Part shown: one piece after another, positions 43,956-53,708 of the stretch
Layout of the letters: each line of letters opens with the position of its first letter
Position numbering within the stretch: position 1 is the first letter of the stretch
DNA from: Vairimorpha necatrix
Taxonomy: Eukaryota
Assembly (NCBI GenBank): GCA_036630325.1
Contig: CP142730.1
Coordinates: forward strand, 744,001-808,000
DNA: 64,000 bases
Reading direction: 5' to 3'
Program-made: the position numbers and the translations under genes
The notes under the pieces: model-generated
What the model was told of the DNA's origin: nothing
What the model saw: the letters and a program-made list of their open reading frames with translations, nothing else
Database searches by the model: none

Positions 43956-46036
43956 ATGATCAGACAGACTGTTTTCGGTGGCTGCAATATCAAAACTAGA
44001 ACTTCTCTGTTCCATGAAGATGGTGTTTATTTTTGTTCCAGTTCGAATATTCTTATCACAGATGATGTGAAAGTCAAAGAGGTTGTTTTTTTAGACGGTT
44101 TTTTGAATTTTGTACAAGTGGTGAATTCTGATTTTTTATTGTCAGGGGATAATTTAGGGAATTTATATTTAGTAAGAAAAGGAAAGGAAGCAAATTTGCT
44201 TGATAGTGCCAAACAAGAAAAATTAAAATCTAATAAAAATAGATCTGAAAAAATGAGCAATGAAGAATGGGTAGTCGATAAAATCCCTTTTTATAATTAT
44301 TTACAAGACGCCTGTTTTGTAGACCCGAATTTTATAGTCTGCGCCTTCCTCAAAGCAATCAAAATTTACGACTTTAAAAATATGAGTATTAAATCTGAGA
44401 TAGAATTGAACACAGTAATCTCCTGTATGAATTGCAATGACTCATTTGTCTATGTAGGCACTACTAATGGTGACTTGTTTATTTACAACTTAGACTTGGT
44501 CCTCAAGCACACTATAAAAATCCACGACGACAGAGTCCAGGACTTAAAATTCAAGAAAATTAACCAGACGATTTTTATGATTTCAAGCTCGACAGACTCG
44601 ACCATCAAAATATGGCAAATAAATAAGAAATTTTTAAAACATGTCCAGACTTTAGTCGGCCACAATGACTGGGTTTCCCAAGTAAACTGGACACAAGATA
44701 ATTCGATTTTAAGTTCTTCCTCTGATAAAACAATTAGACTTTGGAAGTTTACAGATTTAAAATGGGAATGTGACACTATTTTAGGAGGTGCTGTTGGCTT
44801 TTTAAATGCTTTTATGTCTAAGGATTGTATTATTGGCCAATCTCAAAGTGGATCTTTTACAAATTTGACGAGTGTATTAGTGACTTCATTTCTGGGCACA
44901 CAGACAGTGTCACTAAATTAGATTGGAGTAAGAATTATTTACTGAGTACAAGTTTGGATAAGACAGTGAGGATATTTTACAATAATAGAGAAGTGGGGAG
45001 ACCTTTGACACATGGGTATGAAATACAAACAGGAGCGTTTGTAGAAGATTGGAATTTGAGGATAATAGTAGGCGGAAATGAGACGATTTTGAGGGTATTA
45101 AAGCCGACTTATTTATTTTATCAATCATGTGAATGGATGAAGAACAATCTCAAGCAAATAGCAGAAATGCACAATAATAAAACAAATTTAGATGATAAAA
45201 ACCAACAAATTCATATTTCAGAGGAAGAAGACCTCATATTTGATGAGACTGACTTTAAGTTCGCTTCAGTCCCCGCCGAGTTATCTCTGACCAATGATGA
45301 CATAGACCACTACGACTTCCAAAATGTAAACGAATTTCTTCTTTCTACCACAGGCTTCTCAGAAATAAAAAAGGTCTACGGGCACTACTTCGAGATATCC
45401 GACCTGGCAGTAAGTAAGAATTTTATAGCTTCCTCAAATAAGTCTCTTACTAAGAAATTCGGGGGTGTTTTTCTCTGGAATAAGAAGCTTGAGAATATTG
45501 ATTATTTAGAAGTGCACTCGTATGGGATTAATAAATTGAGATTTTCCCCTGATGAAAAATATTTGTGTTCTGTTTCTAAAGACAAGACATCTTGTATTTA
45601 TGAGATTACTCACTCAAATGATACAATTAATATTATAAATGATAAATGGTTAAAGGTTAAATATATTAATAATGACCATAAGAGAATAGTCTGGGACTGC
45701 GCTTTCTCTTTTGACTCAAAATATATCGCCACTTGTAGCAGAGACAAAAATGTCTTCATTTACGACTTACAAGAAGAAAATAAAATAGTCGCAAATTTCG
45801 TCTTCCAGAATGAAGTCACTGCCTTGGACTTCGGCCCAAAAAATTACACCCTCGTGGCGGGCACAGAGAAAGGGGAAATTCATAAAATTATAAAGAAAGA
45901 GGGCGACTTTAAATTACAAGAAGAAATCATACGAGCACACAGCCAGGGGGTGACAGTCATAAGATTTAATAAAAAAGGAGATTTAGTAGCCACAGGCGGG
46001 CATGATGGCCTGATAAATATTTATAAACAAGAATAA
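43956..46036 (+). CDS. ELP2: Elongator subunit Elp2 (WD40), with one frameshift at about 44855-44865
   Basis: ORF 43956 (GHNDWV, SSSSDKTIRLW) joins ORF 44825 (ISGH..V..LDW, LLSTSLDKTVR, EVGRPLTHGY, ETILRV, LSLTN, KVYGHYFEI, HKRIVWDC). One extra base in GGATCTTTTACAAA restores SGSFYKFDEC. Confidence 0.88.
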
Positions 46037-46477
46037 TAAAATCATATACAAATAACATATAATTTATATTTGACAAGCCAAGCATATAAGATTTCCTTTA
46101 GAGACGGGCCATTTTCTAAAAAGGGTGTTTTTACAGTCGTAAGATTTACGACTATATTTTTTTTTCAGAGACATTGACTTATAGGCCAATCATCCTTCTA
46201 TGACATAGAAGAAGTTGCTTATTAGAATTCTATATATTTTTAATGTTAGTCGCTTTTAGAAAGCATCTTCTTGCAATGCGCTTTTTATAATTCCTAGTCC
46301 ATTTTGTATAATTATATTATTATACTACATTATTTTATTATACTACATTATTATTATACTACATTAATATTAAACTAAATTATTTAATTAAACTACACTA
46401 TTATCATTAACATGTAGTTCTATTCTAGTTCTTTAAATATTTTTCATATTTATTTTTTTCGTTTTTTTTCTTAAAAT

Positions 46478-47965
46478 ATGGGCTATGAAGTCGTCATTAT
46501 AGGAGAAAACATAGACACTTCTCACTACAATCCAGACAACTTAATTCTAAGACCAAACAAATGTCTAGTATCATTTGATACTAAAAACCAGGCCACTACA
46601 GAAATCGACAAAATAAACAAGACAGGGAAAAATAGAGCATTTCTTTATAGCGAAATACAGAAAAATGAGCCATTACTGAAAGACGACATTTTAGAAGAAA
46701 TAAATTACGAAGAGATGATAAACCACCAGTTTACGGGGAATGAGGAGTTTATAGTCCTGAATGATGGAATATTGTCCTTATGGGATATAAATAACACAGA
46801 AGTGTACGGAAATACACAGAAGAAAGGAATTCTAGGGAAGATTGAAGTGTCAAACACGGGCGCCTTCTTGGTGAATTTTGAGGGTAAAAAAGTGGAAATT
46901 TATATAAAAGATTTTAGTGTCTTGTTTTATAGAATGTGGAGTGAGTCAAGTGTAGAGAAATGCGAATTTAGTAAAGACGACATGTTTTTGATAGCGTACA
47001 GTGAAAAGAAAATCCACATATTTAATTTACTAAGGCCAAATGAAGAAAATATAATAGATGATTTTATAAATACATTTGACAGAGAAAATGTCTATTTGAT
47101 TGACCACTGTCTTTATTTCTTAGACAGCAAAAAGGTCTACAATCTCAGAGACAAGATCTTCGTGGAATACCCAAAAGATTTAATAAAAGTCTCAGCCTCG
47201 GGAACACAGTCCTTTTATTTTTACAGTGGGAAATCTCAAATGATAAAATATAAATCAGAAAAATCCACCAGTAAAAAAACCCAAGCAAATATCAAAGATG
47301 TAAACTTCGGCTTCACTACCAAACTGGCCTACGCTTACATAACTAAAAAAATCAAAGATAAAATTCTTTACAACTTAGAAATTTATATAAACGACATGAT
47401 CTTCTTTATAAACTTAGACTCTAAACCAGTAGACTTTAAAATATCTAGTAAAATGATCATTATATTAGATTCTAAAAACAATATAACAATTTATAAAAGA
47501 AGAACAGGAACATATACAAAAACAAAAGAAATAAAAAAAGAAGGAGAAGTACTAATATCACTATCAAAGAACATTGTGTGCCTATGGGACGAAGTAAGTG
47601 AAAATCTTGAGTTTTATGACGATATGAACTTGAGAAGCGTGTATTTACATTCTAATTGTACAAATTTAGAGTGGTCAGAATCGGGAATATACTTGGCGGC
47701 ATTTAGTAAAGTCTCAGGAGTACTGCAAATATTCACTAATAATGGGAAATTAATATTTAAAAAAGTTTATAATGTGTTCAGTGATTTTAAGTGGAGGAAA
47801 TATTTATTGATAGGAGAAGACGAGAAAGAATTAATAAAGGAATATGATGTAGAGGAATATAAAAAGAGACTGGAGGTGAAGAGTAAAGGGGAATATGATT
47901 TGGAGAGTATGATATCACAATGGAAGAGCTTTTTAGTATCTAAGAAAGCACTTATAAGCCAATAA
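46478..47965 (+). CDS. PRT1: Translation initiation factor eIF3 subunit b-like (degenerate RRM plus beta-propeller)
   Basis: N-terminal RRM-like segment. C-terminal LEFYD...H..CTNLEWSESGIYLA...LQIFTNNGKLI...FSDFKWR matches the eIF3b C-terminal blades. Confidence 0.7.
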   Translation: MGYEVVIIGENIDTSHYNPDNLILRPNKCLVSFDTKNQATTEIDKINKTGKNRAFLYSEIQKNEPLLKDDILEEINYEEMINHQFTGNEEFIVLNDGILSLWDINNTEVYGNTQKKGILGKIEVSNTGAFLVNFEGKKVEIYIKDFSVLFYRMWSESSVEKCEFSKDDMFLIAYSEKKIHIFNLLRPNEENIIDDFINTFDRENVYLIDHCLYFLDSKKVYNLRDKIFVEYPKDLIKVSASGTQSFYFYSGKSQMIKYKSEKSTSKKTQANIKDVNFGFTTKLAYAYITKKIKDKILYNLEIYINDMIFFINLDSKPVDFKISSKMIIILDSKNNITIYKRRTGTYTKTKEIKKEGEVLISLSKNIVCLWDEVSENLEFYDDMNLRSVYLHSNCTNLEWSESGIYLAAFSKVSGVLQIFTNNGKLIFKKVYNVFSDFKWRKYLLIGEDEKELIKEYDVEEYKKRLEVKSKGEYDLESMISQWKSFLVSKKALISQ

Positions 47966-48609
47966 AAAATTTTGAGAATATTTTATATTGAATTTAAATT
48001 TGTTTGTACCAAATATAAGTAAGTTTATTTTATAGCATTGAACTATGTGCTTTTAGTTACTTATTATTATATTGATACAAGGTTTTCTATTAGGAGCAGA
48101 TAGATAAACCAAGAAACTTACTATTTTAACAAATAGTAAGTTTCTTTAAGATTTATTAATTTTAATACCTGTATGTTGACGCAGTAAAATATTCCCAAGA
48201 AGGCTGTCTAGGCCAAGATGCCTTACACATATAAAAAATAAATGAAGGCAAGATAGCTAAAATCAAAATGATAAGGCAGCAACCTTCTGAAGAAGCGGAT
48301 ATGTATTTCAACAGAAAAACAAGAAGAACTATGCTTATTTGCTATAATTTAAGATTTCTTAAATAGTTTTAGTTTCAGATCATTGAAATGATTGACGATG
48401 CAGATTTTTGTTTTTAAATATTCATGCAGATTTATTTTCTTTTTATGTCAATTTGCATAAACTATGTAATTTGTTGATTTAGAAAATATTTATAAAAAAG
48501 AAATAAGCTTATCTCGATTTAAAATTAAAATTCTCATATCTTTACTAGCAATAAAAGTTCCTTGATTTTTTGTTCTTTTTATTATAAATTCTCCTTGTTT
48601 TTTATACCC

Positions 48610-51387
48610 ATGAACAAAAAACAGATCTTTGAGGAAACAAAGGCTTACGAAGACAGGGAAAAATATTCCCTCACTGAAATATTTTCAACTTGTTCACAAT
48701 CATTTACAAATTACAAAACACTAAAAAAATTAAAAGAATACAGTTTACCACAAGAAAATTATGATAAATCTGGTATAATTCCAGAAATGTCTATAATCTG
48801 GTATGCACACAATTATAGACTCTCAATATTCAGATATGAATCAAATAATTACGAAGAAATTTGCACTTTTAATTCAAAAATCTTATTTGTTGACATTTTT
48901 ATTCCCAAAAAAGGAATTTTTAATAGTAAAATTTCTTACTGTTTTATTGTGTTTACTGAAAATCAAATTATAATTTACGGAGTAGACAAAATATCTCAAG
49001 CTTTAATAAATACAAACTTCGTAGCTTCAACAGTAAGTAAATGTTTATGTTATTGTTTAAAAAATGGTAATATTTTTATAGGTTGTGAAGATGGAAATGT
49101 TTATGAAGTTATTTATAAAAGTTTAGATTCTTGGTCTTTTAAATTAATGTATTTGTATTCTCCAGATACAAATTTATTAACAAATTTGATACCAACAATT
49201 TTAAGAAGAAAAAAATCGAAAATTATAAAAATGAGCTCAAATGAAAAATTTTTAATTGTTTTAAGTAAAAAAATTACAGTTTATAATATTGAAAGTGGAA
49301 TATTTAAAATAAGAGAAATTAGTCTTTATAAAGAATATATTGATTGTCAATTATTAGAGGAGAAAAATGACAATTTATTTTTTTATTGTGTGCAGCCTGA
49401 CGGGTCAAGAGATTTTTATGATACAAAATATTTGTACACTAAAAAATGCTTCATTGATACAACAGAAAAAGAAGATTTAAAGATAAAAACCTTTTTAAAT
49501 AAGTTTATTGTATTAGAAAAAAATAGATACCAAGGAAGTTTAATACATTTTATTACCGTAAATGAATTCCAAAAAACTAATATTGATAGAAATAAAGCAA
49601 GTGAAAATCAAGAAACAATAAATTTACAAGAAGAAATAACAAATTTCTTCGTAAATGGGAAATTTTTATTTTTAATTTCGAAATCTAAGATTTCATTTTA
49701 TGAAATCTTAGATTTAAAACAATTTGTCATTGTAAGTCGAATAGAAGAAGTTTACAACATGTTTAAAAATTTAGGCTTACGAGAAGGTCTCGCTTTATAT
49801 TTCGACATTTTCTCAATGAATTGCGACGTATCAAAATTAGAATATTTGTGTATTAAAATTGACGAAAATCATATAAAAGGCCTTTTCTCGTTTATTTACA
49901 GACAAATGAAAAAATTTTTAAATATAAAAATTTTCAAAATATTGGAAGATGACAATTTAAAAAATGAAATGGAAAAAACAGTGCAAAAATTTAAAAATTT
50001 GATAAGCAAATTAAAACAAAATGAATTTAAAATAGCCAGAGATTTTATGGATTATTTTATACAATCTGTCAATTATGTCACTGTAATTCATGAATATAAT
50101 ATAAATTTAGAAGACATGACATTTTATAGATTGTTACTTAACGACGAAGCAGAATTTAAAAAACGATCTCTGGATTCTTTAATGGAAATATTTAAAACTA
50201 ATCAAAGTCTTGATACTTTAATAAGTTCATTAAGTAACAAATCTAAAGATTATTTACCACTAGATGAAATTTATTATCATAAAGGCTTTGATTTATTGAA
50301 AAAATATCCATCAAAAGACAAGCTCTGGGAATCTTTGACGAATTTCAAAAATATAAATTTTAATTCTGAAATTATAAAAAAATTTAACGAGTTAAAATTT
50401 TTTACTGGGTCAATAATTTTAATAAGAAAACATTACGACCAAGAATTAAAAATGAAATATGATCATGAAGAAGTAGTAAATTTATTATGTCCAAGTATTA
50501 AATGTAATGGGTCAATTACTAATTGTCTAGAAGATAAAAGAGAAGATTTTTTATATTCATTTTTCGACGCATTAGTTGAAAATTTGTTAGTAAAAGAAAT
50601 CAAAGAAGATTGCGCGTGTTGTGAAATAAAAACTAATATGAAGCTACCAGACATAATAAAATTAGAATCAAAATTCTTAAGCAAATATTTACAAGAGAAA
50701 TCTTTGACAAATTCTAATCCATTAATTTACGAGTTATATTGGAAATATTGCGCCTACAGAGACGACAGAGTTGAAGCAGTAAAATCTTTGATAAATTTGA
50801 TAGATAAAAAAAATATAAATTTAGAAAAAAGAATAGATTTATTAAAAAAGGCAAAGACAGTCTCATTACATTCACCATATCATGATGAAATAAAGAAAAG
50901 GACTATGTTGTCAAATATACAATTAGAATTATTAGAACGAGGCGAAAATTCTAAAAATATAAAATTTCAACTTTTATCTTCTGACAAATTATTTAATGAT
51001 TTCGCTTATAAATATCCAGATTTAGCTTTAAAAATTATTGACCAATCAATTTTTAAAGATAAAAATATTATTAGGAAATATTTAAATGAATGTCTAAATG
51101 AAGATTTTAAAAGCTCAGTGAATTTTCTAATTTCTAATAAATTTGAAGGTACAGTTTTAGACTGTGAAATGATAGGGGAAATTTTATTAGAAAAAATGAA
51201 ACAAGGAGATGAACTTTGTAGAAATTTGTATGAGATTGGATTTAGTTATCAAGAAATAGAAAATTTTATTGAAAAGAAAATTAAAAGAGAAGATGATTTG
51301 GAATTTAAAAATTTTTTAATGGAAGATTTCCGTGTATTTGGTGATGATAAAGTTAGTAATAAAAAGCCCGAGGAATTAAAATGTTAA
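48610..51387 (+). CDS. NUP170: Nucleoporin Nup170/Nup155 family
   Basis: ATG at 48610 after CCC. SGIIPEMS..W..HNYRL.IF.Y, PKKGIF...I, GNIFIG.EDGNVYEVIY, ELYWKY, NLEKRIDLL, LFNDFA. Confidence 0.85.
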   Translation: MNKKQIFEETKAYEDREKYSLTEIFSTCSQSFTNYKTLKKLKEYSLPQENYDKSGIIPEMSIIWYAHNYRLSIFRYESNNYEEICTFNSKILFVDIFIPKKGIFNSKISYCFIVFTENQIIIYGVDKISQALINTNFVASTVSKCLCYCLKNGNIFIGCEDGNVYEVIYKSLDSWSFKLMYLYSPDTNLLTNLIPTILRRKKSKIIKMSSNEKFLIVLSKKITVYNIESGIFKIREISLYKEYIDCQLLEEKNDNLFFYCVQPDGSRDFYDTKYLYTKKCFIDTTEKEDLKIKTFLNKFIVLEKNRYQGSLIHFITVNEFQKTNIDRNKASENQETINLQEEITNFFVNGKFLFLISKSKISFYEILDLKQFVIVSRIEEVYNMFKNLGLREGLALYFDIFSMNCDVSKLEYLCIKIDENHIKGLFSFIYRQMKKFLNIKIFKILEDDNLKNEMEKTVQKFKNLISKLKQNEFKIARDFMDYFIQSVNYVTVIHEYNINLEDMTFYRLLLNDEAEFKKRSLDSLMEIFKTNQSLDTLISSLSNKSKDYLPLDEIYYHKGFDLLKKYPSKDKLWESLTNFKNINFNSEIIKKFNELKFFTGSIILIRKHYDQELKMKYDHEEVVNLLCPSIKCNGSITNCLEDKREDFLYSFFDALVENLLVKEIKEDCACCEIKTNMKLPDIIKLESKFLSKYLQEKSLTNSNPLIYELYWKYCAYRDDRVEAVKSLINLIDKKNINLEKRIDLLKKAKTVSLHSPYHDEIKKRTMLSNIQLELLERGENSKNIKFQLLSSDKLFNDFAYKYPDLALKIIDQSIFKDKNIIRKYLNECLNEDFKSSVNFLISNKFEGTVLDCEMIGEILLEKMKQGDELCRNLYEIGFSYQEIENFIEKKIKREDDLEFKNFLMEDFRVFGDDKVSNKKPEELKC

Positions 51388-51540
51388 AAAATAAAAAAAA
51401 ATTAGTAAAATTTTTTAGCATATTTTTTTAATAGTAACGAAGTAAGATTCGTAATAATATTGCGTCTTTTTGAACTATATAAATTTCAAGTGATTTTGTT
51501 TATCTATGAAAAATGTACTTTGGCTTTCAAACTAAAATAT

Positions 51541-51660
51541 ATCAATATCTTAACATTTTATTGTAATTGAATAAAATCGAGATAATTTTTATGAGAATTC
51601 AACAAATTCTTAACATTTAAATCATAATTGAATAAAATTGAGATAATTTTATAAAAATTT
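51541..51660. repeat. Imperfect tandem duplication, ~60-bp unit x2
   Basis: TCTTAACATTT...TAATTGAATAAAAT(C/T)GAGATAATTTT occurs twice about 60 bp apart, upstream of TOM40. Confidence 0.75.
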
Positions 51661-51718
51661 TAATATTTTTTTTAACGGCAAATTATGATCAAAACATTAA
51701 GTTCAATATTTCACCCCA

Positions 51719-52582
51719 ATGAAATCTTTTTATAAAAAACTCAAAGATACTCTTTTCAACACTCAACTCACTTCTTCTTTTGATACCTACAATAACGAAT
51801 CAAATACCGTTTTTAATTTATCAAATTTTACTGGTATTAAAACTGAAATTTCTAAAACAGTCTCCCCAAATTTCCAAATATCTCATATCTCAAATATTGG
51901 TCCAGATTTCGAATCTAGACAGACTTACGGGACATTCTGTTTTAATAATCTTCTTTTACAGACAAGTATAGACCAAGATAAAATATTTAGAATTAGAGGA
52001 ACCCACATGTTTAATAATTTTTACACTAAATTTCATACAGTAATAGGTAGAAGTAAAGACATATTTACACAAATAGAAATAGATCTTAGAAATCGATATA
52101 ATAATTTGTGTATAAAAATGATACAGCCTGCTATAAAAGGCGCATCATGTGTCTACGTAGGGAATTATATGCAACAATTGGGGATTTTTAGTATAGGAGG
52201 CGAGTGTATAAAAGCAGACGAATATTTAGGACTCTCTTTTGTAGGGAGATATGAAGGAATAGGCCATGTTAGTACAATTTCTTTGCAGCATTTTAATACG
52301 CTGTCAATAGACTACTACAAGACAGTGACGTCTAAAAACAAGAAATCGGCTTTATTCGAGTACGGAATGCATTTTTCGACTAATAGAGAGAAACAAATGT
52401 CTTATGGAGTGGGCGTACGAGTCCACAGTAAGAGAGGTGAAATAATAGGAAGTTTAGATAATAAAAAAGTTTTGAGTCTAGTGTATAATGATAAGTTATC
52501 AGAAGGATTATCTTTGAATCTTAATTGTAGAGTAGGAAAAAATGTATTTGATTATGGATATGGATTTACATATGAGTTCTAA
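51719..52582 (+). CDS. TOM40: Mitosomal outer membrane translocase Tom40
   Basis: FTGIKTEISKTVSPNFQISH, YVGNYMQ, SIGGE, alternating beta-strand pattern, and C-terminal beta-signal YGYGFTYEF. Confidence 0.88.
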   Translation: MKSFYKKLKDTLFNTQLTSSFDTYNNESNTVFNLSNFTGIKTEISKTVSPNFQISHISNIGPDFESRQTYGTFCFNNLLLQTSIDQDKIFRIRGTHMFNNFYTKFHTVIGRSKDIFTQIEIDLRNRYNNLCIKMIQPAIKGASCVYVGNYMQQLGIFSIGGECIKADEYLGLSFVGRYEGIGHVSTISLQHFNTLSIDYYKTVTSKNKKSALFEYGMHFSTNREKQMSYGVGVRVHSKRGEIIGSLDNKKVLSLVYNDKLSEGLSLNLNCRVGKNVFDYGYGFTYEF

Positions 52583-52793
52583 ATTTAGATAATACAAACA
52601 AAGTTATAACTATACTTTTTTTTCTAAACAAATTTTTTAGAAAACCAGATCCTTACAATAAGTAACAGATTCAAAATTAAAAATTTTAATTCTAAATGTA
52701 CGTACTGTTTATAAAATTCACTTTCTGTATGTTATAAAATATTTTCAAATATAACTAATCTGATTATTAAATATTTGTATTTTTTAAATTATT

Positions 52794-53708
52794 TTAATTG
52801 CATTCAATCATTTCATAATCCTTGAAATATTCTTTGGCTTCATTTAAATCTTTTTCTAATACAAAAATAAAAGGATTAGTACCCGCATCAAATGTATAGG
52901 CCATCTTAACCTCATCTTTATTAAAATCATGTATCCTCTCCATAATCTCATACCCTTTATCGGAAATGTACCTAATAGGCGGATAACTCTCAAACATAAT
53001 CGCGTGTATCTCATTAGATTCTCTCATTATTAATTTAAATAAGCTCTGATGATCTCTCGTCTTAATATATTCCTGACATAGAAAAATCTTCTCGTCTACC
53101 CTGTTTAATCTTTCTTTATAAAAGAAACTTGTCTCTTGTGTTCTGCACATTCCTTCTGTACTGCTGACTTTTTTAACTTCTTCATTAATTTTAATTAATA
53201 AAATTTTCATTTCTTTCCACTCGCCTATTGTATAAGACTCATATTTGTCACACATGACTATATTCTTAGGAATGCTTCTACTTCCACTGCCAGAGCACTC
53301 TCTGGCCAAAATACTAAGATCTTTCTCTGAGAAATTAGTTTCATAAAATTTATCAAGAGCCAATACCAAAGCGGAAAATCCAGAAGCAGAAGACGCCACA
53401 CCACAACTATGTGGGAAATTGTTATCTGATTCAATAAGTAAACTTTTAGTATCATTTTTTATTTTTCTAAATAGGTTGACAATATATTCAATTTTTTTAT
53501 TGACCGTTGTTAATTTACCGTTAAAAATAAATTCGTCTTTTTCTTGATCATTGTAAGAGAGGGATGTAGTGGTTACTAGTTTATTACATTGAAAAGATAT
53601 AGACGGATTAGAACAAATGTTAGATTCAATATTCTCTTTGCCCCAGTATTTAATAATAGCGATATTGGGATTAGAAGTTACCGTTATTTTCTTTTTACCT
53701 GTAACCAT
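52794..53708 (-). CDS. MVD1: Diphosphomevalonate decarboxylase
   Basis: PNIAIIKYWGK, NNFP..CGVASSASG, ARECSGSGSRS, VSSTEGM, ESNEIHA, AYTFDAGTNP. Confidence 0.95.
   Translation of the reverse strand: MVTGKKKITVTSNPNIAIIKYWGKENIESNICSNPSISFQCNKLVTTTSLSYNDQEKDEFIFNGKLTTVNKKIEYIVNLFRKIKNDTKSLLIESDNNFPHSCGVASSASGFSALVLALDKFYETNFSEKDLSILARECSGSGSRSIPKNIVMCDKYESYTIGEWKEMKILLIKINEEVKKVSSTEGMCRTQETSFFYKERLNRVDEKIFLCQEYIKTRDHQSLFKLIMRESNEIHAIMFESYPPIRYISDKGYEIMERIHDFNKDEVKMAYTFDAGTNPFIFVLEKDLNEAKEYFKDYEMIECN

Noticed and set aside
44827-44848. Tiny GT-AG intron explaining the ELP2 frameshift
   Set aside because: Removing 22 nt gives the wrong frame, and it lacks a GTAAGT donor and branch site.
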